Assembly (NCBI GenBank): GCA_015069615.1
Contig: SVIF01000004.1
Location: 6,270 to 70,269, forward strand
Length of the DNA: 64,000 bases
Direction: 5' to 3'
Source of the DNA: Clostridiales bacterium
GTDB taxonomy: Bacteria; Bacillota; Clostridia; Christensenellales; Borkfalkiaceae
Position numbers and translations under genes: made by a program
Shown here: positions 15,887 through 23,965 of the stretch, piece after piece
Position numbering within the stretch: position 1 is the first letter of the stretch
Layout: each line of letters opens with the position of its first letter
Notes under the pieces: model-generated
Database searches by the model: none
The model's input: the letters and a program-made list of their open reading frames with translations, nothing else
Told to the model about the DNA's origin: nothing

Positions 15887-18800
15887 TTATCGGGGGGTAA
15901 TGGATAAATCGTCCAAATAGAGTTCGTCAAAGCAAATGCCGTAAGCCAAAATCATAAAGTAGTGGTATCCGCTTTCCCTGGGGGTGAAGGTACCCGTAAC
16001 CAGTTTCCAATTACAAGCTACCGACATTGCGCTTGCATCCACCAAGCGTGTACGATTGCTTGCGTCAGAGCCTACGTCCGTACTATTTCGCAGTTCTATC
16101 CAACCCCAACCGCCATCAAACCACGTGGGATTTACGATTTTTATCATAAAAGATATTTCATACCGCACGCCCGCTTGTAAATAAACTTGCGTACCGATAT
16201 AGGTGTTTCCGCCGTTGATAGACCTATCTGCGGGGTTGATCATCTTTAGCGAACCCGAACCGTCGTTCGTATAAGATACGCTTGTTTTACGGGTGTGTGC
16301 GGCAGCCGTCCAACCACCCCAGCCGGGCGTGGTTTCAAAATAACTATATTCCACGGGAACGATAGCACCATCCTGCCCTACGCTTGTTGCAAAATTGCCG
16401 TTTTCAATTAGGTTTATATCTTGCGCTTCACCGATGGCACGTAAGTTAATATCGTCAATATAAATCGCCGAATTTGCGGTGGTAAAGCCGTTCCACATAA
16501 TACCCAAATAGTAGGGTTCGGTTTTATCCGCGTCAAAAGTAAAGGTAACTTTTATCCAACCGCCCGTGTTCCACAGCGCCCCCGCATTATTTACGTCCGT
16601 TACCGCGGAAGTTCCGTTTTGTTTGGTATACCCTGCGGGATTTAACAAGCGGAAGGTACAGTAGTTTGCATGCGAATAAGCAAAAGAACTCGTGGTTCCT
16701 TTTACGTCCGAAGTGGTGTTATCCGACCAGTTGCCATCGTGTACGGCCTGCGCAATGTTCCATTTCCCTATCTTAATCTTTGCGTTTTGGGCATTTGCAA
16801 CGGTAGTATTTTCTACGTTTTCCGCCCATAGCATAAAGGAAAGTTCGTACCGCAGACCGCCCGTAACGTTGAACAGTTTTTTCACGTTGCCTTTATAATC
16901 GCCCGCAGTGCTAGAGTATCCTTCGTTCATTTGAATTTTCAAACTACCCGTTCCCGCACCTTTATCGTACGATTTTTCGGTTACGTAACCCACGTTGGTT
17001 GCCCAGTTCCAACCGCCAATCCAACCATCTTGCTCCATAGCACTACCCTGTAAGTAGGTATTGCTATTTCCGTAATCAAAATTGCCGTTGGTAAAGATAT
17101 TTTCCCCTAAATTTTTGAAGACTTCTAATTCATCCAGCCAAATGGTGCTACCCGCCTGGTTGCCGTTGAACTTGAACACGAAATACATTTCTTGCGTATA
17201 TTCTACGCTAAAGGAAATGGTGGCGGTTTGCCATTCGGTAATGGTTTTGGGATCCCCACCGTTGTTAAAGGATTTGATTACGATACCGCAGGTTTCAAAG
17301 TTTTCCGTCCACGTCGGGGTACGATTATCCCCTACTTCCATGCGGTCCTTATACACAAGACCAATGAAAGAATCCCCAGCGACGGTCTTCAAATTCTTAT
17401 ACTTATATCTTACGGATAGGGTGTAATTGCCGGGATCTAAAACAAACCCGTAGCGCATATTCCCCGGGTAGCCTTTGGAAGTAAACATTAAGCTTTGGCT
17501 ATCCGTTTCGCCCGGGATTGCGTTTTCTTCCGAATAGGAAACTTGATTGCGGAAGCGCCAGCCTTCAAAATCCTTCCAGCCCTTATGCACGTTATGCGAA
17601 ACGCTATTGTTATCTTCTTCCTGTACGTAGGACTTGTTAAAGGTTTCGTCAACGGTAAATTTACCAATCACCCCTACTTGGTTTTCGTTGGGGGATAAGG
17701 GGCGCACAGCAATATCGTCTATCCAAAGCGAACCCTTTCTTAAACCGTAGACCATAAATAAAATAACGAAATTGCGCGCTTCTTCGCCATCCGTAAAGTA
17801 TACGTTTTGCTTATACGTTTTCCATGCGGTAGTCGTATCAAGTAGCCCGGTAGAACGCCAAGTATATTCACCACCCGAAGTCCACCCGTTGGGCTTGTTT
17901 TTCTTATCTATTACGTAGAAATACGCGTTTGCATTATTATTAAGGATATAATCTTCACTGGTTTTATACGAAAATTTCACTTCGTATTCCACGTAGGGGC
18001 GTAAAGTGATTTCCGTATACATATATTTGTTGTATGAAGAACTATCCGCTTTTTCGGTGAAGGTAAACTTCATAGAACCCGAACCATCCTCCGTGTGCGT
18101 GGTGGACGCGTCAAACGAAGCGTTTTCCATCATATTCCAGTCAGTAGGCGCCGTCCAACTGGCGGTGGGAGTGCTATCCGGGATGTTTCCTTCGGGGAAT
18201 ATATTATAATCTATTGCATCCTTTGCGCCTTCCGCAGGGCGGTGATAGTTGCAGAAATTGCAGTACATATCGTAAGCGCCCGTAAAGCAATGCTCTTGCG
18301 AGGAGCGTAAAGATAGGTTGCTAATCGTAATTTCCGAATCATCCACCGACCAAGCGATGATGGAAACGAAATATTTGCCGTCCTCCGGGCAAACCCAGGT
18401 AGCGTTGATTTGGCGCGTTACGCCAGAAATGGTAGTATTAGGGCCGTAAAGCACGAAGTTGCTGGAAGCGGGCAGGACGGGATAATCTATGGAATTCGTT
18501 CCGTCCTCTTTTACCATTACCGCGAAATAGTTTCCGCCCACGCCGTCAATTTCCATATGATCAATTTGCACGGTTGCCATAAAAGTATATTCTACCCCGG
18601 CAATCAGTTCTACTTCGTACTGGCGGTGTTCTTCGTGTTTATCGCCGATTGCATACTCGCCCGAAATCGTAATATTTTTTTCGGCGGGGTTAAACACGAT
18701 GGTGTCCTCGTTATTCGACCAACCGGTCCAGTTTTCTTGGTTGTAGGGATCAATTAACAGTTCCCCGCAAAGTTTGGGCGAATAGTTATCAGGCGTAAAT

Positions 18801-20785
18801 ACCACGTACGAATCCGCAACGTAATATTCGTCCCCAACGTTTAAAACGTTGCCCTTGTTATCCTTCCACGTATTTTGGCGGTAATTTGCTTTTTCCACCG
18901 TGTAATTTACGTTAATCGTATCCCCCACGCGAACGTTTCTATCGCGGAACATTTCATTACCGAACTCATCCAAGAACACTACGGTTGCGGGCATTCCCGC
19001 CTTTCTCACCTTAACTTTTTTCGTTACACTGTAAGAGCGTTCCCCAAAGGCAAACGTGGTGGTAATATCTACGTCCCGTTCGGTGTTAAATTCTAATGCA
19101 TTATATCCCACACCGTTTACACGATAAGAAATGCGGCTGTTTAAAACGGGGTCTATCGCTTCATATCGGCCAAGCCATTCGCCCGTTCTTTCGTCTTGAT
19201 ACATCAAACACATGTCTGGAACGGAAAAGCGGGAGGTATGCGCGTGCGTGAAGAACCTTTGCGCCTTTTCGTTTTCCACCGTTTGTACGGTGGGATAGCA
19301 GTTGAATTCGTCAAACGCCAATACGTCCGCTTGCATACCGTATAAGTGGAAATACAAATAGTACGAAACGGGGTTATGCGTGTTTTCATTTCCCGAAGTG
19401 TTAGGCACGGTAAAAGTGCAGCTAGCCTTGGCCCATTCCTTATCCGCAACCGTGTGGTGGAACATGCCCTCCCCTTCGGGCGGATTTTGGAAATCGTAAA
19501 CGGCAAGGGGCACACGGGTATTGATTTCCCCTGCCAAATCTTCACCCCTTAATAAAAGCATATGCACGTCCGAAGTGGAAGGCTTGTGCATCCCTTGGAA
19601 CATATACATAAAGCTTAAATCGTAAGTAAAGCCTTCAAACAGTACGATACGCGTGACAAGTTGCGTATTGATATTTTTCTCGGGCGAACGGAACACCAAT
19701 GCAGAGGTACCATCCCCCGTGTAGTAGTTATATTGCGCGTCCGCCGCGTTGCAGGAAGTAAACGTTTTCGCATCCCAACCGAACCAACTACCCAAGCGGT
19801 TGCTTACGACGGGATTTGTACCAAACACAGCGTTGGAAATTACGTAATCGGGATACGTGTTCGCGTAAGGCACGGGGGTAAGCGTGTGGGCGAAATCCCC
19901 GTTACGGAAGGCGTTTTCAAAATATAATTCTTGCTCGTAACCGTGAACTTCGCAATCCCTATGGCGAAGCCCGTAGGTGCTATCTGCTACGTCTTCAATA
20001 TCCGGCGCAAGGTAGGGATCGCTATCTGGCACCCATGTCCCGCCGTGCAGTTTTTCCCATTCTATGGTACCCACGGTGCCGTATTCGTAATATCCTTCAA
20101 TTAAAAGTTGGCGGATATACATATATTCGGCATGGTCGTAGTGCGAAAGGGTTCCGTTAGGAAGGGTTACTTCTACCCTATCCCACTCCCCACGCACTTC
20201 CACGTTTGCTTCCCCTTCGTTTTCAATAAACAGGGTGCCGGTGTAAGGGGTTGCGCCTGCGTCTATGGAAATTAACGCGGTTAAGTGCAAATCTTGCGCG
20301 CGGTCTGCTTCCGAAACCTTGCTAGATAGGTACACACTGGCTTTCATGCTGTTAACGTTAGATACCGAATGGCATAAACGCCAAATGTTCCTATTGACTG
20401 CATTGTTATCGTATATCGTATCACCATGCCCTTTATATATCAATTCCCCATCTTCTAATAAGGAAAAACGATTATATAAGGCATCATAAATAATTTCTCC
20501 GTTTTTAATTTGGGAGTTAATTTCTTCAAAATTTCTACCGTCAGCAGCCAAAACATCAATTGCTTCCCCTAAAGAAGTTGCTGGACCGTTAAATTCATCC
20601 GAAGCAATTACGGTATTTAACGTTTCCACCGTGGCAATATCCTGATTCATATTCGCTTTCCCAATGATGTTTACGAATACGGGAATAGCAATTGCTATTA
20701 ACACTGCCATAACGGCGATAACCACCACAAGCTCCACCAACGTGAAGCCTTTTTTCTTTTTATACGTCATCGGTTTATGCGTCAT
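15887..20785 (-). CDS. Giant modular type IV pilin: prepilin N-terminus fused to about six CBM-like beta-sandwich modules
   Basis: Start MTHKPMTYKKKKG|FTLVELVVVIAVMAVLIAIAIPVF, with an AAGGGGG RBS 6 nt upstream of ATG 20785. It is followed by about 1,590 aa containing repeated modules that end in the motifs AFDEF, WIDDI, WLDEL, YIDDI and YLDDL. Confidence 0.8.
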   Translation of the reverse strand: MTHKPMTYKKKKGFTLVELVVVIAVMAVLIAIAIPVFVNIIGKANMNQDIATVETLNTVIASDEFNGPATSLGEAIDVLAADGRNFEEINSQIKNGEIIYDALYNRFSLLEDGELIYKGHGDTIYDNNAVNRNIWRLCHSVSNVNSMKASVYLSSKVSEADRAQDLHLTALISIDAGATPYTGTLFIENEGEANVEVRGEWDRVEVTLPNGTLSHYDHAEYMYIRQLLIEGYYEYGTVGTIEWEKLHGGTWVPDSDPYLAPDIEDVADSTYGLRHRDCEVHGYEQELYFENAFRNGDFAHTLTPVPYANTYPDYVISNAVFGTNPVVSNRLGSWFGWDAKTFTSCNAADAQYNYYTGDGTSALVFRSPEKNINTQLVTRIVLFEGFTYDLSFMYMFQGMHKPSTSDVHMLLLRGEDLAGEINTRVPLAVYDFQNPPEGEGMFHHTVADKEWAKASCTFTVPNTSGNENTHNPVSYYLYFHLYGMQADVLAFDEFNCYPTVQTVENEKAQRFFTHAHTSRFSVPDMCLMYQDERTGEWLGRYEAIDPVLNSRISYRVNGVGYNALEFNTERDVDITTTFAFGERSYSVTKKVKVRKAGMPATVVFLDEFGNEMFRDRNVRVGDTINVNYTVEKANYRQNTWKDNKGNVLNVGDEYYVADSYVVFTPDNYSPKLCGELLIDPYNQENWTGWSNNEDTIVFNPAEKNITISGEYAIGDKHEEHRQYEVELIAGVEYTFMATVQIDHMEIDGVGGNYFAVMVKEDGTNSIDYPVLPASSNFVLYGPNTTISGVTRQINATWVCPEDGKYFVSIIAWSVDDSEITISNLSLRSSQEHCFTGAYDMYCNFCNYHRPAEGAKDAIDYNIFPEGNIPDSTPTASWTAPTDWNMMENASFDASTTHTEDGSGSMKFTFTEKADSSSYNKYMYTEITLRPYVEYEVKFSYKTSEDYILNNNANAYFYVIDKKNKPNGWTSGGEYTWRSTGLLDTTTAWKTYKQNVYFTDGEEARNFVILFMVYGLRKGSLWIDDIAVRPLSPNENQVGVIGKFTVDETFNKSYVQEEDNNSVSHNVHKGWKDFEGWRFRNQVSYSEENAIPGETDSQSLMFTSKGYPGNMRYGFVLDPGNYTLSVRYKYKNLKTVAGDSFIGLVYKDRMEVGDNRTPTWTENFETCGIVIKSFNNGGDPKTITEWQTATISFSVEYTQEMYFVFKFNGNQAGSTIWLDELEVFKNLGENIFTNGNFDYGNSNTYLQGSAMEQDGWIGGWNWATNVGYVTEKSYDKGAGTGSLKIQMNEGYSSTAGDYKGNVKKLFNVTGGLRYELSFMLWAENVENTTVANAQNAKIKIGKWNIAQAVHDGNWSDNTTSDVKGTTSSFAYSHANYCTFRLLNPAGYTKQNGTSAVTDVNNAGALWNTGGWIKVTFTFDADKTEPYYLGIMWNGFTTANSAIYIDDINLRAIGEAQDINLIENGNFATSVGQDGAIVPVEYSYFETTPGWGGWTAAAHTRKTSVSYTNDGSGSLKMINPADRSINGGNTYIGTQVYLQAGVRYEISFMIKIVNPTWFDGGWGWIELRNSTDVGSDASNRTRLVDASAMSVACNWKLVTGTFTPRESGYHYFMILAYGICFDELYLDDLSITPR

Positions 20786-20875
20786 CGGTTTCCCCCTTTC
20801 AGGCTGATTTTCAGCCAAAAAAGTGCGATTGGTTTATATCTTTCACACGCATAATGCGCACAAAGATACAAGTTT

Positions 20876-20904
20876 ATTGTAACACCTTTCTTATTTTATG
20901 TCAA
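20876..20904 (-). promoter_or_regulatory. SigmaA-type promoter of the giant pilin gene
   Basis: Minus strand TTGACA-17 nt-TACAAT, about 90 nt upstream of the start codon. Confidence 0.5.
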
Positions 20905-20942
20905 TACCAAAGGGAAAATTTGTTTTTATGGAAAGGTTGGTA

Positions 20943-21040
20943 AAAATAAGAAAAGGCGCGTTATTTTTTTGCCAAAAGCAAAAAAACAAGCCTTTCGATA
21001 ATACGAAAGACTTGCCTTGGGTAGCACCTTCAGGGACTCG
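20943..21040 (-). repeat. Direct repeat copy 1: terminator/flank plus a degenerate 3' fragment of tRNA-Lys(CTT)
   Basis: 74 nt are identical to 21142-21215. Then tgggtagcaccttcagggactcg aligns with tggtgcaccttcagggactcg of the intact tRNA. Identity ends inside the T-loop. Confidence 0.85.
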
Positions 21041-21141
21041 CGAGGAGCGTGCATAGCAACGCGACGGATTAGCGAAGGCATAAGCCGAAGCGTCACGTTA
21101 TTTCGATGATCCCCTTTTCTGCAAGGCGGCGCAAGGCTTTC

Positions 21142-21238
21142 AAAATAAGAAAAGGCGCGTTATTTTTTTGCCAAAAGCAAAAAAACAAGCCTTTCGATAA
21201 TACGAAAGACTTGCCGTTGGTGCACCTTCAGGGACTCG
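21142..21238 (-). repeat. Direct repeat copy 2: the tRNA array terminator plus the last 21 nt of intact tRNA-Lys(CTT)
   Basis: See copy 1. It contains the hairpin AAGCCTTTCG ataata CGAAAGACTT plus a T-run on the minus strand. Confidence 0.85.
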
Positions 21239-21293
21239 AACCCGGGACCCACTGATTAAGAGTCAGTTGCTCTACCAACTGAGCTAAAGGTGC
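21218..21293 (-). tRNA. tRNA-Lys (anticodon CTT), CCA encoded
   Basis: Cloverleaf by hand: acceptor GCACCTT/AAGGTGC, D stem GCTC/GAGC, anticodon stem ACTGA/TCAGT, loop CTCTTAA, T-loop TTCGAGT. There is one C.U mismatch in the T-stem. Confidence 0.85.
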
Positions 21294-21300
21294 AAAATTA

Positions 21301-21376
21301 TGGTGATTCATCCGAGATTCGAACTCGGGACACCGTGATTAAAAGTCACGTGCTCTGCCAACTGAGCTAATGAACC
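21301..21376 (-). tRNA. tRNA-Lys (anticodon TTT), CCA encoded
   Basis: Acceptor GGTTCAT/ATGAATC, anticodon loop CTTTTAA, T-arm CCGAG TTCGAAT CTCGG. Confidence 0.9.
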
Positions 21377-21381
21377 ACACA

Positions 21382-21456
21382 TGGCTGGGGTAGCTGGATT
21401 CGAACCAACGAATGCCAGAATCAAAATCTGGTGCCTTACCGCTTGGCGATACCCCA
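21382..21456 (-). tRNA. tRNA-Gln (anticodon TTG), CCA encoded
   Basis: Nearly colinear with E. coli tRNA-Gln (TGGGGTATCGCCAAGCGGTAAGGCA...). Anticodon loop TTTTGAT. Confidence 0.9.
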
Positions 21457-21478
21457 ATGAGTAAAAATATGAAATTAA

Positions 21479-21557
21479 TGGGGCGAGTTAAGGGAATCGA
21501 ACCCTTGACCTCCAGAGCCACAATCTGGCGCTCTAATCCAACTGAGCTAAACCCGCC
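21479..21557 (-). tRNA. tRNA-His (anticodon GTG) with encoded G-1, CCA encoded
   Basis: An extra 5' G lies opposite discriminator C. Anticodon stem CCAGA/TCTGG, loop TTGTGGC. Confidence 0.85.
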
Positions 21558-21564
21558 ATATGTT

Positions 21565-21641
21565 TGGCGTGCCTGAAGGGATTCGAACCCCTGACCCACA
21601 GCTTAGAAGGCTGTTGCTCTATCCTACTGAGCTACAGGCAC
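21565..21641 (-). tRNA. tRNA-Arg (anticodon TCT), CCA encoded
   Basis: Acceptor GTGCCTG/CAGGCAC, anticodon stem ACAGC/GCTGT, loop CTTCTAA. Confidence 0.9.
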
Positions 21642-21664
21642 ACGTCCGCGCCGCAAGTACGTTT

Positions 21665-21738
<74 letters not shown>

Positions 21739-21808
21739 AAACACTAACTCAACGCTTGGCTATTATATCAAATTGCAAATACAATGTCAAACGTTTTTTA
21801 GTCATTTT

Positions 21809-22282
21809 TTAAAATATTTCCACGATTTGTGCAGTTATTTTTCCTTGATGCAAAACCAAGTAGCAATACGAAGGTTTTGTGGTGAATTTCGTCATGCTTC
21901 CAGGGTTAATTAAAGTAACGCCGTCTATTTTTTCCACACGGGCGTCATGCGTGTGGCCGTAAAGCGCTAAGGTGCAGTTTTCTTCCTTTGCACGCGCAAG
22001 AAGTTCGTGTAGCCCCCGCTTTACGCCGTAGCGGTGGCCGTGGCAAAACATCAGTTTCACCCCTTCCACTTCCATAAAGCCTTCCCTTTCCCCCGAAGAA
22101 AAGAAATCGCAATTCCCTTCCGCCAGGCGGAACTTTTCCTTATTACCCAGCGCATAGCGGGCTAAATCGCGGAGACCATCCCCCAAAAAGATGACGTAAT
22201 CCGCTTCCGCCATAATGGGCGCAAGTTTTTCCACCGCGGCTACGTTGCCGTGGGTATCCGAAAGAAGAACGAAGGTTTTCAT
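21809..22282 (-). CDS. YfcE/MJ0936-family metallophosphoesterase
   Basis: 157 aa with the motifs LSDTHGN, FLGD, GNCD, HGH and GHTH. ATGA overlap with rdgB. Confidence 0.8.
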   Translation of the reverse strand: MKTFVLLSDTHGNVAAVEKLAPIMAEADYVIFLGDGLRDLARYALGNKEKFRLAEGNCDFFSSGEREGFMEVEGVKLMFCHGHRYGVKRGLHELLARAKEENCTLALYGHTHDARVEKIDGVTLINPGSMTKFTTKPSYCYLVLHQGKITAQIVEIF

Positions 22283-22875
22283 AATTGCACCTTTTGTTTT
22301 AAGTTTGTTAGCGCGCGGAATCGGTGGCTAACCGCATTTTTTTCTTCCGCTGTGGCAAGGGCAAAACTTTTGCCTAAATCGTAACTGTAAAAAATGGGGT
22401 CGTAGCCGAATCCGTTTTCCCCCTCGGGGGCGAACAAAATTTCCCCTTCGGTTTGTCCAAGCGCCGTAACCGTTTCTCCGCTTGGGTAGCAAAGGGCAAC
22501 CACCGTGCAAAAACGGGCGGTGCGGTCTTTTTTTTCTACGCTTACAAGGTCTAACAGCAGTTTTTGATTGTTTGCTTTATCGTTGCCGTGCTTTCCGCTA
22601 TACCGCGCGCTAAACACCCCCGGGGCGCCGTTAAGCGCGTCCACCATAAGTCCGCTATCATCTGCTAATGCGGGTAAGTTCAAGGCCTTTGCCACCGTAC
22701 TTGCCTTTAGAATTGCGTTTTCTTCAAAGGTGTTCCCCGTTTCTTCTACGTCCGCGGTAAAGCCTGCCTCTTTCATAGATACAATTTGGTATTCGGTTAA
22801 AATTTCCGCAATTTCAGTAAGTTTATGCGCGTTGGCGCTAGCCACTACCAGTGCTGGCTTGTTTTTAGTTATCAT
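22279..22875 (-). CDS. rdgB: Non-canonical purine NTP (dITP/XTP) pyrophosphatase, RdgB/HAM1 family
   Basis: Starts MITKNKPALVVASANAHKLTEI. Contains ADDSGL, GAPGVFSARY, FGYDPIF and SHR. An AAGGAAG RBS precedes ATG 22875. Confidence 0.85.
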   Translation of the reverse strand: MITKNKPALVVASANAHKLTEIAEILTEYQIVSMKEAGFTADVEETGNTFEENAILKASTVAKALNLPALADDSGLMVDALNGAPGVFSARYSGKHGNDKANNQKLLLDLVSVEKKDRTARFCTVVALCYPSGETVTALGQTEGEILFAPEGENGFGYDPIFYSYDLGKSFALATAEEKNAVSHRFRALTNLKQKVQL

Positions 22876-22908
22876 ATTCTTCTTCCTTTTATCAAAAAAC
22901 AAAATACA

Positions 22909-22928
22909 AGCCCCCTACATAGGGGGCT
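22909..22928 (-). terminator. Terminator downstream of licD
   Basis: Hairpin GCCCCC tacata GGGGGC, followed on the minus strand by UUGUAUUUUGUUUUUU. Confidence 0.5.
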
Positions 22929-22933
22929 ACGTT

Positions 22934-23761
22934 TTATTCAACGTGTTTGGGTTTTCTTTCACTTTCCTTGGGCGGCGTCATATAATCCCCGTAATTAATG
23001 GTTAACACTTCGTCATAACCGATAGGGCAAGGAAATTCTTTATCCCTAATTTTTTTGTAAACTACGCCGTCAAAACACTTCTTGGGAAAACGAAGAGACA
23101 TTGCACCCACAGAGTAGTTTGCCATGTAAATATAATCGGTATTATCTTTTGCAAACTTTGTGCTTAACTTTTCTTTCTTGGCAAATATTTTTTTCAAGGA
23201 CTTAAATTTCCCCATAAACGAAAGAATTCTAATTTTCCAACGATCAGTAAACGAATGTGCACGCAAACGTTTATTTGCGCGGTAATTCATAGCCATACCG
23301 TATAGCATTTTCTGTTTAAAAACCGTTCTTTTAAATTTGGATAAACTATTAGGGGCATCGTCCATAATAAAAATATCAATATCCAAACGATTTTGATAAT
23401 TGTTTTGGGCTTTATCCTCCTCTTTCTCTTCACGCATAGGTTTATCCACATCTATAATTCTTATAGTAAAGTCGTAAAAATACGGACTAAAATCCCATGG
23501 CAAAATAAGCTTATACGGACTAGGAAGTTTGTCCCGTAGTTGTATCAGTTTATTCAACTGATCCCTTTTCATAATAACGTCAATATCGTCATCCCACGGA
23601 ATAAAATCCCCATGGCGAACTGCGCCTAAAAGCGTTCCAGAATCTATAAAATACTGGATATCATTTTCCTTACAAAACGTGTCAAAATCAATTAGGATCT
23701 TATAAAGAGCGTCATGAACTTCTTTCAAGTCTTTTTTGGTTTCCAACATAATTGTTCCCAT
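22934..23761 (-). CDS. licD: LicD-family phosphotransferase (cholinephosphotransferase-like)
   Basis: 275 aa with DSGTLLGAVRHGDFIPWDDDIDV, the LicD nucleotidyltransferase-fold signature. The gene is visibly more AT-rich than its neighbours. Confidence 0.8.
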   Translation of the reverse strand: MGTIMLETKKDLKEVHDALYKILIDFDTFCKENDIQYFIDSGTLLGAVRHGDFIPWDDDIDVIMKRDQLNKLIQLRDKLPSPYKLILPWDFSPYFYDFTIRIIDVDKPMREEKEEDKAQNNYQNRLDIDIFIMDDAPNSLSKFKRTVFKQKMLYGMAMNYRANKRLRAHSFTDRWKIRILSFMGKFKSLKKIFAKKEKLSTKFAKDNTDYIYMANYSVGAMSLRFPKKCFDGVVYKKIRDKEFPCPIGYDEVLTINYGDYMTPPKESERKPKHVE

Positions 23762-23831
23762 TAAATGCTATTTTTATATAAATGAAAAAAACGATTACGG
23801 ACAATCATTTTTTATCCTTTTATATTATGAA

Positions 23832-23860
23832 ATTATATCAATATTTAACATTTTTGTCAA
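23832..23860 (-). promoter_or_regulatory. Consensus sigmaA promoter of licD
   Basis: Minus strand TTGACA-17 nt-TATAAT (perfect hexamers). Confidence 0.55.
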
Positions 23861-23896
23861 CATAAATTTAAAAATTTATATATCTCTTATTGTTTT

Positions 23897-23965
23897 TTAT
23901 ATCTCTTCCTGAAATTTATGCGCGTTGGCACTGGCAACCACCAGCGTTGGTTTATTGAAATTCAT
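23897..23965 (-). pseudogene. Relic 5' end of an rdgB gene (22 codons then stop), overlapping the GH32 stop
   Basis: Translates to MNFNKPTLVVASANAHKFQEEI*, compared with live RdgB MITKNKPALVVASANAHKLTEI. About 78 percent nt identity over about 45 nt. Its ATG overlaps the GH32 3' end by 14 nt. Confidence 0.55.

Noticed and set aside
8028-20904. The pilus locus as an island integrated at tRNA-Lys.
   Set aside because: No copy of the tRNA 3' core was found at the distal boundary (7.7-8.0 kb). No integrase is present and there is no obvious compositional difference. Only the local 98-bp duplication is reported.
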